NCBI RefSeq assembly: GCF_001194135.2
Contig: NC_068982.1
Coordinates: 180,697,940-180,761,939, forward strand
DNA from: Octopus bimaculoides
Taxonomy: Eukaryota
Direction of reading: 5' to 3'
Length of the DNA: 64,000 bases
Positions 22,748 through 36,879 of this stretch are shown here, in pieces (positions within the stretch are counted from its first letter, which is position 1; each line of letters starts with the position of its first letter). A program made the position numbers and the translations under genes. The notes beneath the pieces were generated by a model, which searched no databases, was not told where the DNA came from, and saw only the letters and a program-made list of their open reading frames with translations.

Positions 22748-25727
22748 AGACACATATGTATATACCTGTGTGCGCGCGCGTGTGTGCGTGCGAGCGTGTT
22801 TACGTGTGTGTATATTGTGTATATGAGTAAATAAAAGTGAATAATAGATGATATTTGTAGTATCGATATAATTAGCGTATAGAAAAAATTAATATATAAA
22901 GAACATATGGGGGAATGGAATATCATATTGAGCGTAGGTAATTTTCAGAGGATTAATATCACTTGTGAGCCTTATAGTATAATGTCTCAGAAGGCAGACG
23001 GTATTTTTCTGACAACGTCTAGCTATATTTAGTCATTTTTCTCAGTAACCAGTCATTGGCCTCTTGCTAAGCAATTGACAATCTCTAGCTATATTTAGAG
23101 AAAATATTTATCCTTAGATCGGGTTACACCAATATCATGAGCCTATTCAGTGTTACGGATTGTTTCTTCGGATTATAATACAATATTTCGTTGTTATTTT
23201 GTATCCCTATCATGGAACTGAAATGTTGAATATTTCAAATACATGTTAAGGTTATTTTCATATACGAATATGACATGTATGAAATTTAGGTTCGAAGTGA
23301 TATCTAATTTCAATTGATTTCAAACATTAGTTTAACAAGGTTTGTATAGTTGCCGAGAATATTTGACTTTTACCAGTTTTTCTATATATTAAAATAGGAT
23401 GAAGGACTATGTGTTCGAAGAAAGAAACCTTGCTCTATGCAAAATATCAACGGAAAAATTTCGAATTGGTCTCACTGTGTTCTTACCACTTAATTTCCAT
23501 ACTTAATGAAATCGAGTTTTCAAATTCTAAAAATCGGGTCATACTGATTATTTTTAACACCGTGATATTGTCGACTCTATCGAGATAAAGATTTCTACAT
23601 GACTTCCTGATATTAGATAATTAGCACTTCAGAAAATGGCTGTATTACTGAATGTGTGAAATAGGTTTCGACGTCTTTCGAGTAGAACCTCTCAGGTGCC
23701 GTTAAAATGTTCCTAAGTTGCATAGAATTATTTACGAAAGTTTCTTGTATGTACAAATGCAAATTCGACTCTCTAGTTACATAGCTGCATTCCACCGCAA
23801 TCTTTAATTGTTATTATTTCTTTCAGTTTTATTGTAAATTGCTCAGCATCGAAAAGATTCTTCAGAGACTTTGGAGAGAAGGAATTCCATTTGCCATTCA
23901 ACAGACAATATATCTTATATTATAAGCAATGAGTAGTAGCTTCCTACTAAGTTTTCCATAGATATTCAGTTTCTTGTGTCTTTGGTTTCTGTTTATCTGC
24001 ATGGCCATATACACTTAATTAGCTCCTAAGTAGCTCCTCTTTCTAAGAGTCTTTCAATAACTTTATTGTAGACCCGCAACCCTGTGGCAGCTAAATTAGT
24101 GAAATTGTTAGTATTCAAACATTTCTTCACAGCACGATCTTAAGACGGCTAAACTAGTGAAATCATTAGTATTCAAGCATTACCACATATTCTACAGAGC
24201 TAATAAGTATTATTGAAGGTTATACTTCCTACTATGGAAAAATATTTGGAGTTATCTTCCTCGCTGTACCATTCAAATATTGTTATCTGATCACTGTATT
24301 TATTGTTTAATGTGATGTTTCCACATGATGAGTGCCCCTTTATCCTTTAGCTATAAAATAATCATGCTTCCAGAACTACTCCATATTTACATCTTAACTG
24401 ACAGAGCTTCAGTCTAATGAATATAAAGGTTTGGAATTATATTCTTGTTTGACCAAAAAAAAAAAAAAAAACGATTTTAGCTAACCACATATATTTTAGT
24501 TAACAGCCGTATTAACAATAGTCTGACTTCCTTTCATGTGGAATGAATTAGAAATAATAGTTGCTTTTCCCAACATAAATATGGTGCCACTACCATTAAT
24601 AATTATACATGAATTCATTTATACTTTCATATATACATGCATATATATGCGTATGTATGCGTGGATGCATGTAAATATATATATATATANNNNNNNNNNN
24701 NNNNNNNNNNNNNNNNNNNNNNNNNNNNNNNNNNNNNNNNNNNNNNNNNNNNNNNNNNNNNNNNNNNNNNNNNNNNNNNNNNNNNNNNNNNNNNNNNNNN
24801 NNNNNNNNNNNNNNNNNNNNNNNNNNNNNNNNNNNNNNNNNNNNNNNNNNNNNNNNNNNNNNNNNNNNNNNNNNNNNNNNNNNNNNATATATATATATAT
24901 ATAATGTGCGAGCGTGTGTGTGTATGTGTACAACTTATCTGTATGCGTGTTTCTGCGGGCATGTGTAAGGTGCTGCTTAAGTATATCTACTGGTTACATA
25001 TAAAAAATATTATGACCCGGAGCTGATATTGGTATATTGCCACATATCACCGTATGAAATGTGATTGGCGCCATGAAAAAAAAAAGACAAAGAGCTATCG
25101 TATGATCAATGAGAACACGTTAATGATTTACAGATTAAAAATGTAAGAAAATGTATAGAAAGATAAATATCAAAGAAATTTTGGGTTTCGTAATATATCT
25201 CCTTAGAGTAGAAGTTAGAAAGAAAATACGACAAGCAAAGTAGAAAGGGAGCATATGTGCATTATTGGAATCTAAAAATTATGAATTGCTTATCTATTTC
25301 GATCTATGATTTCTATAAATATTAACTAGACTTCAATTCAGGAGCTGTAATTTCGCCAATATGAAAATATGTACGCTCAGAAATCGATATCTTATTTAGA
25401 ATGGCAGAAATATTACATTGTGTGTATGTATTACGTGCTTGCATAATTAGATATCAAATGTGAAATATTTAAATATGCATCAACCTATGCATGTAGGACG
25501 AAATTATCATACTTTTTTATTAACAGATTAAAAAAGAAAGGCAAATTAGAAAATATTCATTATTCGCTTTGACATCCATGTGCACTGATGAGACATTATT
25601 GTGCACTGAAGAACGTTTTGAAAATATATTTAAATTCGCACTGAATAGCTGTATAAAAGTGTGGTAGTCAGTTTGCATTGTCTATGAGCTAATCACGAAG
25701 AAAGCATATATAAATGCTCGCTCTATT

Positions 25728-25943
25728 ATATTGGTTTCAAATGTTGGCACAATGTCAGCAATTTCAAGGAGTGGCTAAATCGATTAGATCGATCCCAGCG
25801 CTCAACTGATACTTTTTTTTATCGACTCGAAAATATGAAACGCACAGTCGACCCTGGCGACATTGGGACTCACAACGCAAACACGGACGAAATGCTTCGA
25901 ATCATCTTGCCCGGCGCGCTAACGATTTTGTCAGCTCGCCGCC
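25728..25943 (-). mobile_element. tRNA-derived SINE (family S1)
   Basis: Reverse complement begins GGCGGCGAGCTGACAAAATCGTTAGCGCGCCGGGCAAGATG and continues with the S1 body and tail. Confidence 0.8.
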
Positions 25944-28900
25944 TTTGCTTCTTATATTATAGACACCTATTCTAAGACCATGTGTCTGAGAGGTATGTGT
26001 TTATATGAATAATAACTCGTACTCAGTTGCTTTTAATGTGGCTGTATTAGATAGGTAACCGCAACGCACGGTCAAATGTATAGTTGAAACGAACTTTACC
26101 TTGCGTTTCGAGGTTAACATTTATCTGTAGGTCTAATATTGTGATATATTATCATAGCTCTGACACACTTGATAATCTAATATGGTTCACTAGAAGTGAA
26201 CATTTCAATTCCACCAGCACTTGATAGAAAGTTGACAGTGGCTGCAATAGTTTGCCAGTAATGCCACTAACTGGCTCCCTGTTTTGGTTTATTTCTCGTA
26301 AACAAACTATCTTTCAAAAAAAAAAACGCATGCAAAATATTATTGTAATACGTCTATCACAGTTTTATGGTAAGCAAAAATGCTTTAAAAATCTAAATGG
26401 AAATAATTTTTTTTTTTTTAGGAGAGGGAGTTAAATGTGTTCAGAACATAAAAATTAAAAGTTTAAAAGACGTTACTTCTCCTCGATTAAATTAATAAAA
26501 AATATTTTTATTAATCAAGTCATGTGCAAGCAAATCTTCAGCTTGATTTTAAATTATCAAAATAAACATTTAACCCCTTTCTATTTGAAGTCTCTCCCCC
26601 TACTAAAAGCTTCCCAAACATTAAAAAACTTGGCTAAATCAGCGTCCTAAGACACCAACATCTGGCTGTCATCTACTTGAGAAATATCTTCAGGCGAAAT
26701 GCTAACATGATACATCCTTTACCCCACTTTCTCTTTTTTTATTATTAGTTGTATAGTTCAGTAATTAAGCTGGCATCTGATTTCTAGAAGATATTGTCTT
26801 CCTTTTGCTGTTTACTTTTAAATTTGGGAAAATGCTTATCGTTTGGGACGAATATATATTTTTTTCAGTCTAGATGGTTTTTGTGTCAGACAACTTAAAA
26901 TTGTTGTTAGTTGACTATTGTGTAATAAATATTTTAAAATATCAGGCAAGAAAAAAATCCAAACCGTTATATTTGCAATGTTATGCAAATTTGTGAGCAG
27001 TCGTTTAAATGCATAATATATACACAATCTCTGAAAAAATTCACTATTTAAATATGAGATGCCTTGTTCTATTGGAACTGTCCTTTATCAAAAATATAAG
27101 ATACACTGGTACTTTTCTGCCCTTCGCTATTGGGACTTCGTAGGACGTCTGATTCTTAAGGAAACATCCAAAATCTTATCTTTTACCATAGACTACAATT
27201 CTGAACTTCCAAAATCGGCTGTTGTTCTATGGAAACTTTTCTCCAAATTCTGTATAAATCAAGAAGACTATTAGGAAACTGAATGGCGAGACTTTATACA
27301 TTCAACCTGCTTTCTTCAATATTTTGATCAGCATTCTGGTCTCTTGGTATGTATGTCTTTACTAGCTTTAATGAGAAATCCTGCCCATTCATTCCCTATC
27401 ATTCTCATTTCTAAATATTATCCGATTTATTCTCACAACTTTTCTGTTTTAAGCTTTATCCTTGGCGTACTTTATATTTCTTTAATGTACAACTGTCAAC
27501 ATTGTCATTATTTTGTTGTCCCAAGAACCACAACTCTTCTACGATAATGTCTATGAATTATTTATGTCAAACCATCATCTAATATAAATACACATATTTA
27601 CAGTTTCCATACGCCCGAATGACACGTGACTATAAATCACATTCTTAGCTATGAATATTAATCCTTTCAGATATACGGGAGATCGAATAAAGTATGCAAA
27701 GTCCCGAGTTTTCTGAGATTAAGCAAATGAATGCACTTTATTCCTACACACGTAGTTTAGATCTATCTTGTGAAAATAAACCCTTGAGTAAATATTAATC
27801 TATATAAAGAGACCTTGTGACAGTTCTTATTTCACATTAGGATGACCAGGATTAAATTATGTTAAATGTTCACCGTGAAGAAAACTATACATTAATTTTG
27901 TTAGCTCAAATAAACATTATTTGCATTTTTCTCGAATGCCACTCAGGTGATAATTATTTATAATATAATCACTGTAACCCTTAATACGGTAACATAGTTT
28001 ATGTATAGTATAACGTTCTAATTATCAAATGACCTTTCAGTTACCTAATTTTAAAAATACAATCTTCATAACGTATGCTCTCAGTGTTTAAAACTCTATT
28101 GCATGTTCAAGAGAAAACCTCCTTCTAAATCTACATAACTAGACCACAAGCATAACCACAATATATACGCATTCGACTCACCATTCCCGTAAAACTTCAG
28201 TGGCATCGTACATTGAACGCCCTACTTCCCCCTACATCACTACATCTCAAGCATCTCCACAGTATACATACAATCATTACAATCATTAAGTTAGTTCACT
28301 TCATAAATCTCTCGTATCACCACAACATAGTTACCGTTCTATATCAGTAGCCAGCCCCTCCCGGATATTAAAATGTGCACATAATCACGATGTCTCTTTG
28401 CTACACTAAAACACTGACATACATACAACACAGTCACCATATCAGTTCACATAACTATAGCCTCCATTGTTACTCCAATATACGCAACATAGTTAAAATA
28501 TCTCCCGCTCCAATATCACCGGAAAAAAGTCATTTAACCAGGCTATTTCACTAGAACTACGCAAAGTGTTCGCCACGTTTGTTGAGACAGCTTTTGTAGC
28601 AATCGAGGAAGACTTATAAGACAACAGAACTAAATGATCATTCAATTTGATAAAAAGCAAAGTCAACCATTCTCGAATCATACCATACAGTATGATAAAA
28701 GAGAGATAACCAGAGAACAGGAAGTCCTTGATACGACATATGTTTGAGAGAAAAAAGGACAAATAAGATGGTTAGGGCCTGCCGGCTATTGCTAGATACT
28801 ATGCCTTAAATGTTATGCCTATCTTCAGCGAACACTTCCAAACTCTCTGCACACACTAAACCGTTCTTTGGCCCCACAGTGAACGAGCCGATTGCTGATA

Positions 28901-29211
28901 TGTTTGTGGAAAATTTGATGGCAATCATATTGATGACATCACCAGCTATTGTATCGCTGACATTGATAAGTTACACAGAACTTATCCAATGATATTTAAA
29001 ATGGCATCGTTGGTGTTGTATAATGTTGAGACAAAGCTTAGGTATATGTACTCAACTCTTATCTAGGATAATAAACATGTCAGAATTTAGTTACAGTTTT
29101 GAAGACGTAGAAACTGACAGTTTATTTTTGCAGGGTGGATATCAAAGTGGGTATTCTTGAATCCGTCATATATTTTACTAGAATAAAATAAAAATAAAAC
29201 AAACACACAAA

Positions 29212-29661
29212 TCAAAACAAAACGAAACTGAACAGTTTAACCTTCTCTACGTAATTATTCCCGATACTGTTGAAAGAAGAAAAACCATTATAGTTTACAT
29301 TTCTGTATTTATTTGTAATAAATCTCCATCCAAGGTTGAGTATCGGTTTTAATGTCATTGCTTCCAATATTTTGGAGGTCTCAGCTTGAATAGTCTGGTA
29401 TTGAATTTTTAGGTAATCCCAGCTGTCTCTTGCAGACGAATATGTCTTAGTATAATGCGTCATATTTCGTCTAATTGACCCAGGCAGAAACGAATGTGTT
29501 ATAGTCGATGCGGAAAGGAAAGCGAACAACCGGGCAGTTTCATTAAAGGTGTCGACACTGCACCAGATGCTGATTTCAAGATTATTCTCTATTCCTATAT
29601 CATACAATGTACATCTCTCGACATTTATGCAGCTTTTTTTTCTGCTTCCAGTTCTATAATC
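29212..29661 (-). other. 149-codon open frame, candidate coding exon of unknown identity
   Basis: Stop-free from 29661 to TGA at 29212-29214 (DYRTGSRKKSCINVERC..LGWRFITNK..). No transposon motif recognised; splice sites ambiguous. Confidence 0.3.
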
Positions 29662-30145
29662 TTATTGAATCCATGTTTCCTGGGTGACGTCTTATAGGAA
29701 CGAAACATATTCAAAGTTTTATCCAACGTAGAGAGAAAACGAAAAACAATATTTGTTATTATATACGAAATTTCTGAGTTCTCAAGCGAAGACCATATAC
29801 ATACATGAATACATACATAGAACGTACATACATACATACATACATACATACATACTTACATATAAGCACAGTAAAATCCTTTAAGTGCAAGACAGTAAAA
29901 TACTTCACATTTTCAGTTTGCCAGTGAATAAGTTACTACTTGAACGAGGTTAATTTGTAAAGCAGATGATTTCGATCTTCCTGGTTTATGAAAGACAAGG
30001 CCTATTTGAAAGGCAAATAAACTCATGGATGTTAACCGCTATCCGATAATATATGCAAATATGTAAGTCCATAAATTAGTGTTTCGTTGCTTGCTTGTTT
30101 GAAATTCATTTGAATGAAGCACAGCAGAAAGAAGTAACCTTATTA

Positions 30146-30522
30146 GGCACAGGCGTGGATTGGTGGTAAGCTTCCCAACTTCCCAGTTGCTTCCCGACCA
30201 TGGAGTTCCAGGTTCAGTCCTACTACGTGGCACTTTGGACAAGTTTCTTCTATTCGGGTGATCTCGGCAGACCAAAACCGTTTCAGTACATTTGTTAGAC
30301 GGAAACCGAAAGCCCGTGACATAAATGTAGATATCTATGTATGTATGTGTTTTTGTGTCAGTGTTTGCACTCCCACCACTGCTTAAAAATCGGTATTGGT
30401 GTGTTTACGTCCGTGTAAATTAGGCTTTAAAAGTCAGTCCTGGGGTCGATTTGCTAGACTAAAATTCCTCAAGGCTGCACTTCTGCATGGCTGCAGTCAA
30501 ATGTCTGAAACAAATGAAGGAT
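30146..30522 (+). mobile_element. tRNA-derived SINE (family S2)
   Basis: GGCACAGGCGTGG head, GGTTCAGTCC B-box-like motif, CORE-like GTGGCACTTTGGACAAG and the S2 tail GCAGTCAAATGTCTGAAACAA. Confidence 0.8.
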
Positions 30523-32864
30523 GAAATCCAAATTTGGCGCACAACCCAGTGGGAAATATGTCGTATAATATTTTCTGACCTGACACGCATTAAAGTTTAG
30601 AGCGTCCTGCGATGTGTAAATGTCCATTGAGACATTTATACGAAAGTCTGCGTCTTGAAATAATGGGCGGGAACACGTCTGATTTGGATACGACTCTTTT
30701 ACTTTCCCTTACATAAACACACAGAAGCCCTTTCTCTCTCACACACGCACTCTCTCTCTCTCTCACACTCACGCAAAACCTCCCATTCTGTCTCTCACAC
30801 ATACACCCTCAGTTGGGTCGAAAGAACCATTTTTAAGGAACCTTAATTCCACGGTATGCACAGAGTTACAAATAGTATTTGAAATAAAATACATGAAAAC
30901 TACAGCTGTGTGACCCTCCACGTTCCCTGCACATACACCCCTCCACAATTAAATACCCTAATTTTCTGTATTAATCATATAATCTCTAACACATATATAC
31001 TAAATTGCTTATGGATATGAAACATNNNNNNNNNNATATTTCAGAGTAGAAGCCTTGTTTAAAACATGTGATGAGTAACGATAGCAAAAACAATGAGATA
31101 TAAGACAATTGGTAGGTACTCCTTCAACATTACAAAATTACAGCATTTCAATATGTGTTAAGTGGATTTTTCTTAGAAAATGTATACATTAAATGATTTT
31201 CCCTTTTTTTTGTTATCATATTATTTCAGAGCTAAATTATATCATAATTTTACAAAAATAAATACATGAATTTAAACTCGAAAAATTTAATGACAAGCAA
31301 AAAAAAGTTGACTGTTATCGCCAATAACTCTTTTTTGTCATAGCTAAAGAGTCGATCATGCTATCAACTTAGTGACAAAAGCCTCTGAAGTCAGAATACG
31401 CTACGAAAATAGGCACAAATCCACATTAAATGTACAAAAATCAAGACAAAGTTTACGTCACTTTCACTTGAAAACGACAATGGTGATTTGATTAAATAGA
31501 AAATACTATTAATGCTTATTTTATGGTGTTCATTGTTCATGCATTTCGTTTGAGGTTCGTACATATTTTTTTTTGCGTATAATATTAGCCATTAAGAATT
31601 TATATTCTTTTACGTTGAAGTGCTTTACTGAATATAGGCTTTTTTGTGAAAAAATATTAATACAAACTATATAAATAAATAAAGATTCTAACTGTTCTTT
31701 TGAGGTTAGGTTGGGTTGCATATAATTCATACAATGTTATACAGGTAATATCTAACCAATACAAAGTTAATACAATTAAAACAAGTTTACAGTTCCTTAT
31801 ATTTTCAAAATTCAAAACGTAGAATCAGGAGCGTATCTGTACGAGGTGTAGTGGCGGTCAAACACTTTTTAAAATTTTGCTACTTTATTTCTCACGCCAA
31901 AATGAACACCAATCAATATGTGGAATCAGAACATAAAATTTCGACCCCCCACCCTAATAAAATATATATACTTGGCATCTTGATAATGAGTTTTAAATGG
32001 AGAAAAACTACAACCGTTCGATCGCTTTAGTGTATAAAGAAATGCATAAACGAATGCAAACGTCTGTCTGATATAACTAAAGCTCTCTCCAAATTACACA
32101 GCAATGTAGTTTGAGAGAGATCTAGCAGCTAATTCTACAAGGTCGACTGACTACCAACAGTCTTCCTACATTCGTTTGTGCCGAAAGATATTGATTGCAG
32201 ACCGGATAAACATTACTTGTCTTATTCCATGAATAGTTAGCATAAGAATAACCTATTCACTCCATCTGCAAAAAAAAAAAAAAAAAAAAAAAAAAAANNN
32301 NNNNNNNGATAAATAACACCAACAACAAAACTACAACGACGGGTGAAGGCCTCCGGTCAAATAAACCTGGCTCACCTCCAATACTGACTGAATAATAATG
32401 TGTGTGTGTGTGTGTGTGTGTGTGTGAGCGTGTGTATACACGCCAAATTATAAGAAGACCACAGAGAAAATTCTTTAACGCACTTTTAATGATTCGTTAC
32501 AATTGTTTCTATACCAACTGTAATTGCAACGCAATTTTACGCTAAAATTCTACATGAAAACTTACGTAATGTTTGCGGTTCCAGACATTAGAGAAGCACT
32601 TCATCAGACTTGCTTCAGAGGTATCTTGTCACATTTTGTGTCTTCCAGACCTTGCCATTTAGCTACTATCGGGAGGGAACAAAAAGTAAATAAGTGTGGT
32701 TGAGATGAGTAAGTAGGGTAGAGATTATGCAGAGGCGGGGAAATGAAGAGCATGGAGACGAAGAAGCAGAAGAAGAGGAATAAAGGATGAGGAGGAGGGA
32801 GAAGGATGAGGTGGAGGAAGAGGAAGTGGAAGAGGAGGAGGATATATATATATATATATATATA

Positions 32865-33846
32865 TAGAGATTGCGTAAAGTATTTAAGGAATACCATTTT
32901 CGGTTCATTGCTGCATATTTTGCTAAATCTTTGTTTCAGAAAATAATAATGGTTTTGGTAGACCCTCATCTTATTCAAGAAATGAAGAAGCATGCTGTTA
33001 TTGTGGTTATAAAGGCTGAGCATAGCGATTTAGAAATATTTCGAGTTTGAAAAGTTGCCAGATCTTTCGCCCACAAAGTTTGTAAGGAGCTAGAGACTGA
33101 AGATGGAAATGTATCATCAGTATCAAAGCATAAAAAGCATTCTAAACACTCTGAAATAATCAGAACACCTGAATTTATCCAGCAAGTTCAAAACACCATT
33201 GATTCAATTCCAGAAAGTCCATGAAGTTAATTGGAAAAGATCTCCATGTGTCAGAAGGAACATTCAGAAATGTTGTCTACGGAGACATTAGATATAAATC
33301 TTATATGATGAGGAAAGGTCTTAGAGTTAACTCTGCTGCCAACACTGAGGTTCTGGAAATAATTGGTAAGCCCTGGGTAGACAGTGTAATCAATGGAAGG
33401 ACATATGCGTTTCAGTAAGACTCTACACTATCACATATGGCTCTAGTAACACAGGAAAGATGGCTGAAAATTTTCATGATCACGTAACCCCTAATATTTG
33501 GCTTCCTAATTCCTCAGATCTCAGTCCATTGGACTATTACATGTTGAGCGTTGTTGACAGAGAGATCAATGAACACGCCCATAACACCAAAGATTCTTTG
33601 AAAGCTGCTATAGTCACAGTAATGTCCAAAATGAACCAGGACCACTTGATTCGATCATCTAGATGATTTATATCTCATATAGAAGCAGTTGTTGAAGCTG
33701 AAGGAGGCTTTATTGAATAACATTATAGAAAAGAAGCTTTATTTTTATCCTCGTAGTATTTTTTGATAAATAAACTTATCATCTGTTATTATATATCTGT
33801 TCATTTTATAAATAGAAATCTGTCCTCAAATATCTTAGGCACCCTG
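32865..33846 (+). mobile_element. Tc1/mariner-superfamily DD37D (maT) transposon, internally deleted
   Basis: 3' terminus ..GGCACCCTG followed by TA; degraded 5' TIR after TA near 32863. N-terminal MKKHAVIV..HTH region. FQ*D..(37 aa when a 1-nt deletion is restored)..WLPNSSDLSPLDYY..IEAVVEAEGGFIE*. The first catalytic-D region is deleted at about 33320. Confidence 0.88.
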
Positions 33847-35246
33847 TATATCTACTAATGTATAAGTAAGAACCAAAGTTAGGCAAATCAAGTTCACATA
33901 CACATTCATTCACCCCTAGACCCACTATGCATGCATTTCTCTCGAAGTATATTCAATAAATCAAACATATCAAAAATATCCAGATATAGAAAAATATATA
34001 TAGTAAGCAATACATTAAAAATATACATATAAAGATATATAAATATATAAGCATACACATTAGAAATATGTTGAAAAAATAGCATAAAGAGTTACGTGTC
34101 GATAAGATCAAAAGTTTGCGTGTTAATAATCCAATTAATAATCCTACGAACCATTCTGGGTGTCCGGTTGTCGAGGTATATAAAATATATTTACATTCAT
34201 TATTGGACACCACCTCCTTCATCAGGGAAAAATAAATTTCTAAAAAGGCTAACATGTACTGCGTTTTTCGAACGGGAAATTATCTACTGGGCGTTTTTAT
34301 AGAGCTATATACAAAAGAACAGAGATTGGGTGTGTTCTGGTGCGGTTGAAGGAGGAGATACAATGCATAATAAGATAAGTCTAATGATGGTTCTATAAGT
34401 AGCGAGTAAGAGGAAGGGAGTATTGTTTTATTTTTTCAGAAAATTTTTCAATGTGTGTGGAAGATATTTTCAACTCTTTTCAAAATCATAATGCATAAAT
34501 GTTGAGTAAAACCTATGTTTACAAGAGTAGATGACATCTGCAAATTTATTTAATATTGAGGATTTTTGTAGACAGAATAATTCATGATTCTTTTATATAT
34601 ACACGTCTTTAGTTCACAGGTGATCTAAGCGACTAGGTACGCTAGGTAAGTGCTGTAACGGATTACCACTACTCCAATGTTATAGACGAGACTATAGTTT
34701 TGGAGTCATTGTAGATTTCCGATATAGGACAACAAACATTAAGGCAAGATAAACATCTGAAGTCATATACGTTATTATTATTGAAATAATTGAAAGTCTT
34801 ACAGCTGTTTCTTGGACATCCCAGAGTATGGGATATTGTGTCATCGAAGATAAATAGGGAAAATAAGATGGGAATAGATTAATAAAATGATGACACAAAG
34901 GACAGAAGAAAAAAGTTCACAGTTCAACTTTCCGATCAAGTAGAAGTAAGTCCTTAGGTGCAATCCTGTGTAAATCCAAGTATGTTAAAGTCCTAATAGT
35001 GTAACTATCCAGAAATAGAAGCGAAGGTATCAACGTTCAATAACAGAACAGTAGCAGAGATGTATTTTGCGATGAATCCAAGTTACGGATCAAAATTGGT
35101 CAACAAAAATAGTTTATTGAAACATTCCAAATTGCATCGCAGTATTTAATTTATTTTACTATTGGCAATTACAGTTCGATTTAAAATTGAGGTCAACTTA
35201 TTCAAAAGTATATCATTAAGGTTCTTGATTTTTATAATTAATTTTC

Positions 35247-35290
35247 ACTTACCTGAAATTTAAAAGCTTAGAAAGAATATAAGATATTAG
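35247..35290 (-). other. Juxtaposed 3' and 5' splice-site motif (candidate recursive splice site)
   Basis: Minus strand CTAAT (branch-like) - ATCTTATATTCTTTCTAAGCTTTTAAATTT - CAG|GTAAGT. Confidence 0.35.
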
Positions 35291-36879
35291 ATGTGTGAAC
35301 GCTCAGGAGAATCAAGATAATAATATAGCCCATGAAGCTTTAACCGGATTTAATTTAAACTATTTTATCAACCAACAACTCCATTATTATATCTAAACTT
35401 CTTGATTTAATGGAATGAAACTAAATAGCATTCTGCAAACAATTAAATGAAAGATTCCCTTTTACAGTTGTTTATTTTCGTCTTAATTAGTAATTCTACA
35501 TGTAGTGAGAAGTGAAACTAGCACTAATATAATCTCAGATAGCTGCAGAGGTGAAGATGCAAATACATTCCCATTCCCTATACTGAAGCTAAGACACCCC
35601 TAATTATGTCAACAATCAATTTGCGCAGCATGCGATGCACGCATCCACATTTAAACATATGCTCACAGAGAAAAAGCACTTATAAAAACAGCAGGTTAAG
35701 TGAATTCAAAGAAGGGATATCAACTGAGAAAATGAGCGTGATCAAGCTGAAAACAAGAGGAAGGGACAAAGATGGGGAAAGGGAAAGAATAAAAAGAATA
35801 GGAAGAAGGTGATAGAGAAGGGAAAGCACTGGAATATAAGAATTGGCATAAACAGAAAGAAAAAAGAAAGAATTAAAGTGAACGATGACGAATCTTGAGT
35901 CAACAAGTGCTCGCAATATATCTACATTCGTGAATGTTAACAAAATTATATTGTTGATATATATTTTCTTAACCCACCCTCTCTGAGTATCTTTGCTTNN
36001 NNNNNNNNNNNNNNNNNNNNNNNNNNNNNNNNNNNNNNNNNNNNNNNNNNNNNNNNNNNNNNNNNNNNNNNNNNNNNNNNNNNNNNNNNNNNNNNNNNNN
36101 NNNNNNNNNNNNNNNNNNNNNNNNNNNNNNNNNNNNNNNNNNNNNNNNNNNNNNNNNNNNNNNNNNNNNNNNNNNNNNNNNNNNNNNNNNNNNNNNNNNN
36201 NNNNNNNNNNNNNNNNNNNNNNNNNNNNNNNNNNNNNNNNNNNNNNNNNNNNNNNNNNNNNNNNNNNNNNNNNNNNNNNNNNNNNNNNNNNNNNNNNNNN
36301 NNNNNNNNNNNNNNNNNNNNNNNNNNNNNNNNNNNNNNNNNNNNNNNNNNNNNNNNNNNNNNNNNNNNTGTGTGTGTGTGTGTATCTGTGTGTGTGTGCG
36401 TATATTCAATTGATGACAATAACACATTCACCAACTGGTATTGCAGTACATGCCTCTGATAAGGAAACAATGATTTGAAATCGTGCCAAACTGTGAACAT
36501 GAAGGGACACGCACCGTATGTGGACTCATGTGTATATTTGACCTTAATCTGTCCTCAAGTAGATGCACAGTATTGCTGTTGTCTTTACTGACGTAATCAG
36601 GTCCGTATTTATTTTCCTAGTACACGATCAACCACTGTGAAAATAGGGAGATTGTAGTAAAATACTTAAGAACTTTGCCGCTTATGGGATGAATGATAGG
36701 CATGAATATATACTAATAACAGTGAGCAACTTTGCATTAATTGTGTTGAATAAAGAGAAAAAATGTTAAACGCAAAAAGGCTCGAAAGGTTTCAGTTATT
36801 GCCTCACGATTTTACCACTTAAACGAATATAGGCTTTCATTGTGCTTAATCCTTGGGGAAATTTTATAGAATTTAAACC

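Noticed and set aside
25585-25620. CTGATGAG core match
   Set aside because: No stem II followed by GAAA.
28493-28990. Possible ancient LINE RT remnant on the minus strand (FLSN..LLFIKLND)
   Set aside because: Resemblance is too weak and the catalytic motifs are not recognisable.
32269-32297. Poly(A) run as a retrocopy tail
   Set aside because: It ends at an N-gap, with no upstream ORF or identifiable TSD.
32565-32612. Minus-strand CTGATGAAG match
   Set aside because: No clear stem II and GAAA is absent (GCAAA); too degenerate to call.
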